From an uncultured cyanobacterium (GTDB taxonomy: Bacteria; Cyanobacteriota; Cyanobacteriia; Cyanobacteriales; Microcystaceae), in NCBI GenBank assembly GCA_963807635.1, contig CAWEDJ010000077.1:1-36364 (forward strand): a stretch of DNA of 36,364 nucleotides, in the 5' to 3' direction. Below, piece by piece: positions 18,959 through 27,180 of the stretch. Made by a program: the position numbers and the translations under genes. Below the pieces are notes generated by a model that searched no databases, had not been told where the DNA came from, and saw only the letters and a program-made list of their open reading frames with translations. Every line of letters starts with the position of its first letter. Position 1 is the stretch's first letter.

Positions 18959-19348
18959 ATGGATCATGAACAGCCTCAAAAAATCAAAACCCATGAAGAT
19001 TTAAGAGTCTATCAAATGGCTTTTGAGGCCGCGATCGCCATTTTTGAACTATCCAAACAGTTTCCCATTGAAGAACGCTATTCTTTAACCGATCAAATCC
19101 GTCGCTCCTCCCGTTCCGTTTGTGCCAATCTAGCCGAAGCTTGGAGAAAAAGACGTTATCAAGCGGCATTTATCGCTAAATTAAATGATAGCGAAGCCGA
19201 AGCCGCAGAAGTCCAGGTGTGGTTGAAATTCGCTGTTAAATGTGGCTACTTAGACATCGAAACAGGCAGACAACTGTATGCCCAATATAATCAAATTCTC
19301 GGCAGCCTCGTCACCATGATCAAAAACCCCAAAAACTGGCTCCTCTAA
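18959..19348 (+). CDS. Four-helix bundle protein (23S-IVP/Avd-like family)
   Basis: DLRVYQ.AF, FPIEERYSLTDQIRRSSRSVCANLAEAW, EAAEVQVWL.FA..CGY. Confidence 0.9.
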   Translation: MDHEQPQKIKTHEDLRVYQMAFEAAIAIFELSKQFPIEERYSLTDQIRRSSRSVCANLAEAWRKRRYQAAFIAKLNDSEAEAAEVQVWLKFAVKCGYLDIETGRQLYAQYNQILGSLVTMIKNPKNWLL

Positions 19349-19479
19349 CCCCCAATCTCCCCATCCCCCTAATCTCCCCATCCCCCTAATCTCCCCCTCT
19401 CCCAGTCCTCCCCCTCTCCCAGTCCTCCCCCTCTCCCCTCTCCCAATCTCCTCATCCCCCTAATCTCCCCAACTCCCCT
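19349..19479 (+). repeat. C-rich STRR-like tandem repeat tract
   Basis: Units such as TCTCCCCA, TCCCCCTAA, TCTCCCAG, TCCTCCCCC fill the whole intergenic space. Confidence 0.9.
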
Positions 19480-21161
19480 ATGTACCCTGCAAGTTATTGG
19501 CAAAAGATTATTAAGAAAGATCAAGAGAAAGATCAGGAAACCTGGTTTGGCTCGAAATATCTCCTCAAGGAATTTATCGGTTGTGGAGCCTATGGAGCCG
19601 TCTTTAGAGCCGATGAGATGCTCGCAAAGCGTGTAATGCAAACGGTGGCGATTAAGATTGTGATTGTTGATCTGGAGCATTTAGATCAACAAATTGAGGA
19701 ATTACAGTTAGCTGTAAGGCTTAGACATCCCCATTTAATTAATGGCATTACCTGTGAACAAGGAGAACTAAATGGGGATTTATGTATCGGGTTAGTGATG
19801 GAGTTAGCAGATGATTCTTTGGAGAGTTATCTTAAGGTGAGTAAGCCCCCTTTAGCGGTAGAATTTGTTAGCACTTTGGTTCAGCATTTAGCAAAGGGTT
19901 TGGCTGACATTCATGGTCAGGGAATTATTCATCGGGATTTAAAGCCTGCCAATATTTTACGGGTGGGAGAAAAGTGGAAGTTAGCAGATTTTGGGATTGC
20001 TCGTTCTTTAAAGGATGGCACTAGCACTTATACAAGTAAACAATTTGGTACTTCAACGTATATGCCTCCTGAATCCTATTACGGAAAAATTTCCCCTGCT
20101 TGGGATTTATGGTCATTAGGGGTTATTATCCACAATTTATTGAGTAATCAGCATCCTTTTCCGACTCAAATTGAAGCTGAGTTAGTGAGGATGGTGTTAA
20201 ATGAAGAGCCAACTTTATCGGCAAATTTAGGTTCACCTTTTCGAGAAATCGTGACAGGTTGTTTAGTCAAGGAACCGAAAATCGCTGGACAGCAAAACAG
20301 GTTTTAACAACGTTACAATCCCCAGTTATTCAATTTGCTTCTCCTCCCGTCCCCCAATCTCCACCTCTCCCAATTCCCCTAGTTTCCTCTCGTCCCCCAG
20401 TCCTAATCTTAGACCTTCCTCATAACATCAAATTGGAGATGATCAAAATTCCTGCGGGTAGCTTTTTTATGGGTTCCGCAGACAATAATTCTAGAGCCTC
20501 TAAGTATGAAAAACCCCGACATCAAGTGACTTTACAGGAATATTATTTAGGGAAATATCCTGTAACTCAAGAACAATACCAAGCAGTCATGGGGTACAAT
20601 CCCTCACACTTTAAAGATAATCCCAAAAACCCCGTCGAGAGCATAAATTGGAATGATACGAAAACCTTTTGCCAAACAGTATATGAAATCATAGGACAAA
20701 AAGTACGCTTACCAACAGAAGCAGAATGGGAATATGGCTGTCGAGCAGGGACAACAACTCCATTTTACTTTGGAGAAACAATTTCAACAGAGCAAGCCAA
20801 TTACAATGGAAACTATACTTTCGGAGAAGGAAAAAAGGGTACTTATCGGGAAAAAACAACGCCAGTAGGAAGTTTCCCCGCTAATAAATTTGGACTATAT
20901 GATATGCACGGAAACGTTTGGGAATGGTGCGAAGAAAGTTGGCATGATAACTATGCTGAGAAGCCAGAGAAGCTAAAACAGAATGGAAACATTATATGGT
21001 CATCTAGCAATGAATCACTTCATGTACTGCGCGGTGGTTCTTGGCTGCACTATCCAGAGCATTGTCTTTCGGTGAAGCGGAGCAATTCTGAAAATATTTT
21101 TGTGTTTAGTCAGACAGTCGGTTTTCGTCTGGCTCTTTCTTTTTTCCAGGCTCCCTTTTAG
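19480..21161 (+). pseudogene. Ser/Thr kinase-FGE-sulfatase(CLec) fusion 2, frameshift at about 20276-20281
   Basis: Kinase (GCGAYG, VAIK, HRDLKPAN, DFG) ends GCLVKEP. The next frame continues NRWTAKQVL, as in the paralogs, then a Pro-rich linker and a full FGE domain. One base is missing. Confidence 0.85.
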
Positions 21162-21271
21162 CATGAGGAGATATGGAAACTATGAGAATTAGGAGATTGA
21201 AAAGAATTAACACAAATCATTTTAAATGTTCTTATAAAAATCACTGTATCTTTAAATTCAAACTTCTACCC

Positions 21272-21598
21272 ATGCTGAAATCTATCCCTAAAAGCTCAGT
21301 CTTAAATCAACTAAAACTTTACTTATCTGAAGTTTACCAAAACCAACTTGAGAAAATCATTCTTTTTGGTTCTCAGGTGAGAGGAGATGAAACCCCAGAA
21401 TCCGATTTTGATATTTTAATCATTTTAAGAAAGCCCTTTGTTTACTATCAAGAAATTCAGAAAATCAGTGAATATATTAGTGAACTATGCTTAGAAAATG
21501 ATATTTTAATCACCTGTTGCTTTACAACTCTAGAAAAATGGAATACTGAAAATAGTGCCTTTTATCGCAATATTCATCAAGAAGGTATGGTTTTATGA
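21272..21598 (+). CDS. Minimal nucleotidyltransferase (MNT)
   Basis: ILFGSQVRGDETPESDFDILI (GS...DxD); likely ATG at 21272. Confidence 0.88.
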   Translation: MLKSIPKSSVLNQLKLYLSEVYQNQLEKIILFGSQVRGDETPESDFDILIILRKPFVYYQEIQKISEYISELCLENDILITCCFTTLEKWNTENSAFYRNIHQEGMVL

Positions 21599-21969
21599 AT
21601 TCAGTGTCTCAAAAACTCCTAGAAAAAGCTCGTAAAAGTTTAGATATTGCCAAAAATATTAACGAATTAGGCTCCCCTGATTTTGCGGTTTCCCCCGCTT
21701 ATTATGCCATGTTTTATATTGCTACAGCATTTTTAGAAACCAAAAATCTTTCCTTTTCTAAACATTCAGGCGTAATTTCTGCTTTTGGTAAATACTTTGC
21801 GAAAATGGGGAAAGTTCCCAAACACTATCATCGTTATTTAATTGAAGCTGAAAAATTGAGAACGGCTAGAGATTACAGTTTAGACATAGAAATTACCCAG
21901 GAAGATGCGGAAGATATTATCAGTAAAGCCGAGGAAATGTTAATCTTTGCGACCCAAGAACTACTGTAG
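21595..21969 (+). CDS. HEPN domain protein (UPF0332-like), MNT partner
   Basis: AYYAMFY, SKHSGVISAF, LRTARDY; ATGA overlap with the MNT gene. Confidence 0.88.
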   Translation: MNSVSQKLLEKARKSLDIAKNINELGSPDFAVSPAYYAMFYIATAFLETKNLSFSKHSGVISAFGKYFAKMGKVPKHYHRYLIEAEKLRTARDYSLDIEITQEDAEDIISKAEEMLIFATQELL

Positions 21970-21983
21970 CAACACAGTCTTTA

Positions 21984-22054
21984 AAATTCCAGCCAAATTC
22001 CAGCTAATCTCCATCCCCTTACCATTCAAATTAGCCTATCCTCCTTGATACAGT
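21984..22054 (+). promoter_or_regulatory. 11-bp tandem repeat operator + extended -10 (site 3)
   Basis: AAATTCCAGCC AAATTCCAGCT AATCTCCATCC, 32 nt, then TACAGT (22049) preceded by TGA. Confidence 0.75.
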
Positions 22055-22081
22055 GAAAACAACATCAAGAGGAACAAACCC

Positions 22082-24043
22082 ATGACAAGCGATCGCCTAA
22101 TTTCCGCCCGTTGGATACAGGACTTTGAAAAACAACTTTATCGCCGCCGCCATCTCATTCTCTATGGCAATATCCACGATCAATTTCTCTGGCGAGGAGC
22201 CTATCTCGGTATTCAAGACTTTTTACAAACCTACTTTCAAGACTTAGGCTTTGACCTCGTTTCCCGTTATGACCCCATTGATGGCTTCACCTTTGCCCAG
22301 GAAACCATGCGGACAGAATTCGATCGCCTAACCCAACAAGCCCTACAACCTAACCCCGTTTCTCCCAATCCCCCTGTCTCCCCCGTCTCTCCTATTGCTC
22401 CACCCCCACGCCGTAGCCCTGCCGCCAACGTCCCCCGTCAAGTTAATCAACGGATTATTCCTGAAGAAGCTTTTGGGAATCTGCGGGTAGTCGTCAAACA
22501 GGAAAAAATCCCCACCGCCACCGTCATTGATCTTGGCGATATGCTCACTACCGACGGCGATCGCTATCCTGTCGAAGAACGCAATGCCCTGATTTTATTG
22601 AAAAAATGTACCCTAGAAGCGGCGATCGTCCGAGAAGGCAATTTAACGGGCTATCGCAACACCCTGATTATTCTTGCCAGTGACCTCAATCGCGTTCCTG
22701 TCTGGTTCCATGCCAACAATCCCCACGTCAGCATTATCCAAGTAACCCGTCCTAACAAAGAAGAACGCAAACAATTTATTCTGCGCTTTGGGCAAGAAGG
22801 ATTTTATCGCGGGCAACAAGCCCGTCCCGATACCTCGGAATTAACAAGTCTAGCGGAGGATTTTGCAGAATTGACCGATGGTTTTCAGACCTTGGAACTG
22901 GAAGCTCTACGCCATACTTCCCACCGTGAAAAACTTCCCCTCAGCCAAAAAGAGCTAATCAAATTAGTAGATTTTTATAAATTTGGGCAAAAAGAAGAAC
23001 CCTTTGAACAAATTAATGCTGAAAAAATTAGTCAAGCCAGAGAGCAATTAACCCGTTCTGTTCTGGGACAAAATCATGCTATTGAAGCGGTAACAAATAT
23101 GTTAACCAATGCCAAAGTGGGCATCAGTATGAGTCAGGTCAGTGGCCGCAATAGCAAACCCAAAGGAGTCTTTTTCTTTGTGGGGCCAACGGGCGTGGGT
23201 AAAACGGAATTAGCGAAATCCCTCAGTCGTCTGATTTTTGGGGATGAAGAGGCTTTTTTACGCTTTGACATGAGTGAATACAAGGAAGAACACGCGGCAG
23301 AAAAGTTAGCAGGTGCGCCTCCTGGGTTTGTGGGCTATGAAGAAGGGGGACAATTAACCAATAAAATTTTGGAACGTCCCTACCGTATTTTGCTCTTTGA
23401 TGAAATTGAAAAAGCCCATCCCAAAGTATTGGATAAATTCTTACAAATTCTCGAAGATGGTCGTCTAACCGATGGCAAAGGACAGACCGCCTATTTTAAT
23501 CAAACGGTAATTATTTTCACGAGTAATATCGGAGCTTCAGACCTGAGCGATCCGCAAACAGGAACAGTGATTCGTCCAGGCATTATGAATCAAGTGCAAG
23601 CGGGCGGGGTTGAAAATTTCAGCTATGAACAAGTCCAAGATCATTTTCAAGAAGAAGTAAAATGGTATTTCACCAGTCGCATTGGTCGCGCTGAATTGTT
23701 AAATCGTTTGGGGGATAATGTGGTAGTTTTTGATTTATTACGTCCCGATTATGTGGCGGCTATTGGTAACAAATTTTTACGCCAACTGAGCGAATCCGCT
23801 TTGGATAAGTATCAATTAAAATTGACCTTTGAGCCTTCTATTATTGAGGGATTAAGAACAGTAATGGAGCAGCAGGAAAATTTATTGTTTGGGGGACGAC
23901 GCATTAAGAGTTTATTAGAAACTTTGGTGGAGCGTCCGCTCAATCGTTGGTTATTTGAGCATTATCCTGATTTGAATCTTTTAATGGGCAAGGCTTTATC
24001 ATTAGGATTTAATTCCAGTAATGATTTAGTAGTTAAGGAGTAA
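22082..24043 (+). CDS. ClpB-like AAA+ ATPase with a degenerate N-terminal module and an intact C-terminal (D2-type) module
   Basis: FFVGPTGVGKTELAK, RFDMSEY, GAPPGFVGY, LFDEIEKAHP, FTSNIG, ELLNRL, GGRRI. The N-terminal LILYGNIHD lacks a Walker A lysine; no Clp N-domain. Confidence 0.88.
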   Translation: MTSDRLISARWIQDFEKQLYRRRHLILYGNIHDQFLWRGAYLGIQDFLQTYFQDLGFDLVSRYDPIDGFTFAQETMRTEFDRLTQQALQPNPVSPNPPVSPVSPIAPPPRRSPAANVPRQVNQRIIPEEAFGNLRVVVKQEKIPTATVIDLGDMLTTDGDRYPVEERNALILLKKCTLEAAIVREGNLTGYRNTLIILASDLNRVPVWFHANNPHVSIIQVTRPNKEERKQFILRFGQEGFYRGQQARPDTSELTSLAEDFAELTDGFQTLELEALRHTSHREKLPLSQKELIKLVDFYKFGQKEEPFEQINAEKISQAREQLTRSVLGQNHAIEAVTNMLTNAKVGISMSQVSGRNSKPKGVFFFVGPTGVGKTELAKSLSRLIFGDEEAFLRFDMSEYKEEHAAEKLAGAPPGFVGYEEGGQLTNKILERPYRILLFDEIEKAHPKVLDKFLQILEDGRLTDGKGQTAYFNQTVIIFTSNIGASDLSDPQTGTVIRPGIMNQVQAGGVENFSYEQVQDHFQEEVKWYFTSRIGRAELLNRLGDNVVVFDLLRPDYVAAIGNKFLRQLSESALDKYQLKLTFEPSIIEGLRTVMEQQENLLFGGRRIKSLLETLVERPLNRWLFEHYPDLNLLMGKALSLGFNSSNDLVVKE

Positions 24044-24055
24044 AAATCTGACTTG

Positions 24056-24098
24056 TATCCCCCCAGCCTTAACTTTGAAAGGGGGGATATCATTTTTT
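24056..24098 (+). terminator. Hairpin plus T-run after the AAA+ gene (cyanobacterial REP-like)
   Basis: TATCCCCCC-N16-GGGGGGATA followed by TCATTTTTT. Confidence 0.55.
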
Positions 24099-24172
24099 CT
24101 GGATAAAATGACATACGGACATTATAATGTAAAACTAGATTAGGCAATTTGAGATTTAGAAGAAGTAAAATT

Positions 24173-25928
24173 ATGAATCATGCACCACTTTGGTCAATGC
24201 TAGAAGACCAGATTATCAAAGAACAATACCATTTGAAAGAGCTTTTAGGAGTAGGAGGCTTTGCGGGGGTATTTCGGACGGATGAAGTAATTAAAGATAC
24301 CTGTGTGCGGGTAATAGCAACTAAACTAATTCCTATTGATAATGTTGGGAACAGTGATAAACAATTACAAGAGTTACAGGCTGGTCTTAGTTGTGATCAT
24401 CCTAATTTACTACGTTGTTATGGAGCAGGAGAAATAACCATTGGCAAACAGTCTTTTTTATATTTATTGATGGAATTAGCAGAGGAAACTTTACAACAAC
24501 GATTAGAAAGAGGTAATGTTTCCACTGAAGAGAGTATAGGTATTTTTAAAGATATTACTGAAGGATTAATATATCTTCATCAAAAAAATCAGGTTCATTT
24601 GGATTTGAAGCCTGCTAATATTTTAAAAATTAATGGAAAATGGAAAATTGGTGATTACGGTTTAGTTCGTTTTATTAATCCTGACAAAAGCTACATCCAA
24701 ACAGCTAATAGTGTAGGAACTCCCTTGTTTGTTCCTCCTGAAAGTTATCAAAATATTATTTTTCATGGATGGGATATTTGGTCATTGGGCATAATTTTTA
24801 CAATTCTGTTGACAGGAAAGTACCCAATTAAATATGAAAGCCCTAACGAATTACAAGAAAAAATTATAAATATTCAATTAGACAATCTTGAGCTTGATAG
24901 TTTAGACCAATGTTACAGAGATATAATTCAAGGGTGCTTAATCAAAGATCGTCAAAAACGTTTAACGGCTATACAAGTGAAGAATTTCTTACCCCCCGTT
25001 AATAAAGATTTTCAATCTTTTATTCCATCAAATATTATATCTAACCCTAGTAAGATCTCAAGAAGGACTTTTTTAATTACAGTCTGGGTTAACTGGAATA
25101 GGAATAGGTTCAGGAGTTTTTGTCTATGCTCGTCCAAAAGATGTAGAAAATGAAATAACATCATTAGTAAAATTAGAAACTTTTAAAGAAACTTTACCTA
25201 GCAATGTCATATTAGAAATGACAAAAATTCCAGCAGGAACATTTTTAATGGGGTCTGCCCCTACTGGTGATTCTGATGCAAGAAAATTTGAAAAGCCTCA
25301 ACATGAAGTAGAAATAAATAAATTTTACTTAGGAAAATATCCTATTACTCATGAACAATATTTAGCTGTAATGAAAAAAAGTCCTTATCCAGTTCAAGAA
25401 GATAGCATTAAAAATCCAGTTGAAAATGTTACATGGGATGATGCCCAAGAATTTTGTCGTCAATTAAGCTCCATGACAAGGAAAGACTATCGTTTACCTA
25501 GCGAAGCTGAGTGGGAATATGCTTGTCGTGCTGAAACAACAACGCCATTTTACTTTGGTAATAATGCTAATTTATTAAATGAATATGCTTGGTATGTTGC
25601 TAATTCTCAAGATCTAACTCATCCTGTTGGACAAAAGAAACCAAATAAATGGGGACTCTATGATATGTACGGTAATGTTGCTGAATGGTGTCAAGATGGA
25701 TGGCATGATAATTACATTGGTGCACCTACCGACGGCTCTGTATGGAATGGTAAAAATCTTCTGTGGAATCCATCTGATAAGATTATGCGTGGAGGTTCTT
25801 ATTTTGATGATATAGAGTCATGTCGATCTGCTGATCGGAGTGCTACTGATAAAAATATAGTTGTTAGTAGTATCGGTTTTCGAGTAGCTGTGTCATTTAC
25901 TTTTAGAACTGAAATAACATACTCATAA
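24173..25928 (+). pseudogene. Ser/Thr kinase-(TM)-FGE-sulfatase(CLec) fusion 3, frameshift at about 25075-25085
   Basis: Kinase (GVGGFAG, ATK, HLDLKPAN, DYG) runs to SRRTFL. The shifted frame reads LQSGLTGIGIGSGVFVYARPKDVENE...LPSNVILEMTKIP, continuous with ORF 25218..25928. Confidence 0.82.
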
Positions 25929-25966
25929 TTATAAAATATGGTAAAAGTCATAGCAGATTATTTCAG

Positions 25967-26036
25967 AATTTCCAGCTAAATTCCATCTAAATACCAGCCG
26001 TTTTCAATGGAGATTTCCAAAGTAACTTGATAACCT
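25967..26036 (+). promoter_or_regulatory. 11-bp tandem repeat operator + extended -10 (site 4)
   Basis: AATTTCCAGCT AAATTCCATCT AAATACCAGCC, 31 nt, then TAACCT (26031) preceded by TGA. Confidence 0.75.
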
Positions 26037-26068
26037 GAAATTGTCGGCAAATAACTCAGGTACAAGCC

Positions 26069-27058
26069 ATGAAAACCCTCTCCCTCCTTACCTCTGGTAT
26101 TATCCTCACCGCTACTGGTATCCTAACAGGACAAAATATGGCAACCATGCTGGGAACCGCGATCGCCGCTTCTGTGACCACCACCGCAATCTCTACCAGC
26201 GAAGAAAAAAAGAAAACCAACACCGCTCTGCAAGCCATAGAAACCGCGATCGCCACCACAGAAACGGCAATCCAACAGAAAATCGAAACTATTGAACAAA
26301 AAGTCAAAATCACAACCAAAACCACTGACAAAATCAGCAAAGAAATCCAAACTCTCCAGACCAGTAAACGCCTCATTATTGCAAAACTACAAACAGCCCA
26401 AAAACAACAAACTATTTTTTCTGGCAAACTTAACCATCAGCAACAACAGTTAACGGCTCTCAAAGCTCAACCCCCAATCCCACAGCCTCAGAAAACCGAA
26501 AAAAAAGTTCTTTCCTTTCTACCCAAGCAACGTCAAACCGTAACCCATATCTCCATTGACGGCAATAACTTTAGCAAAACGGCTGAAGAACTCAGTTTAG
26601 CCATTGACTGGAAGGCTTTAAAAATTGCCCTCACGGAACAGACTCAAGGAACGGATACTTTCACTTTAAAATATTACACAGGTCTGTACGAGAATCCGAC
26701 CTATGAGCAACGATCAAAACTCAACTATCTAAAATCCTTAAAATATGAGGTGATCTCGCTTCCCCTATCTCGACAAGGTAACGGAAAATGGAAAACTATC
26801 GGTGATGATATGGCGATCGGAGTTGACCTCATGGACTCCGTACAATCAGGCGATCAAGTCATCTTAGTAACAGGAGATGGAGACTTTCTTCCTCTAATTC
26901 ACAAACTATTAGATCGCCGAGCTAATGTTATCGTCATTGGAGCTTCTTCCCATACTAATTACCGCCTACAGGCATTACAACAAGAGGGTTTTCAATTTAT
27001 TCGTTTGGAATCCATTAGTGAACAAATTAGTCAATTGCAAAAACTAGCAGTTGCTTAA
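26069..27058 (+). CDS. NYN/LabA-DUF88 (PIN-fold) nuclease with N-terminal hydrophobic helices and coiled coil
   Basis: ISIDGNN, KTIGDDMAIGVD, LVTGDGDFLPL; hydrophobic residues 1-38, then a coiled coil. Confidence 0.82.
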   Translation: MKTLSLLTSGIILTATGILTGQNMATMLGTAIAASVTTTAISTSEEKKKTNTALQAIETAIATTETAIQQKIETIEQKVKITTKTTDKISKEIQTLQTSKRLIIAKLQTAQKQQTIFSGKLNHQQQQLTALKAQPPIPQPQKTEKKVLSFLPKQRQTVTHISIDGNNFSKTAEELSLAIDWKALKIALTEQTQGTDTFTLKYYTGLYENPTYEQRSKLNYLKSLKYEVISLPLSRQGNGKWKTIGDDMAIGVDLMDSVQSGDQVILVTGDGDFLPLIHKLLDRRANVIVIGASSHTNYRLQALQQEGFQFIRLESISEQISQLQKLAVA

Positions 27059-27073
27059 TCTTTTTGCCAATAA

Positions 27074-27103
27074 TCCCCATCTTAATTCGTGTTAGGGTGG
27101 GGA
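27074..27103 (+). terminator. Intergenic hairpin after the NYN gene
   Basis: TCCCCATCTTAA-TTCGTG-TTAGGGTGGGGA (two G-U pairs); no clear U-tract on the + strand. Confidence 0.4.
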
Positions 27104-27180
27104 ACAAATAAAGTAAATATTACATTTTTAGGATAATATTAATTTAAGCCCAGCTATCAGGGATTTAAGGAGTAAAAGTT

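Noticed and set aside
19349..19680. C-rich tract as a CRISPR array, and the 103-aa minus-strand ORF across it
   Set aside because: Short low-complexity units with no unique spacers and no cas genes; the ORF is an antisense/repeat artefact.
22082..24043. Housekeeping clpB/clpC, or T6SS clpV (given FHA, PP2C, kinase and vWA neighbours)
   Set aside because: Lacks an N-domain and an active D1; no sheath, Hcp, VgrG or baseplate genes are present.
26041..26427. Overlapping small ORFs around the NYN gene start
   Set aside because: Alternate-frame or antisense shadows of 26069..27058.
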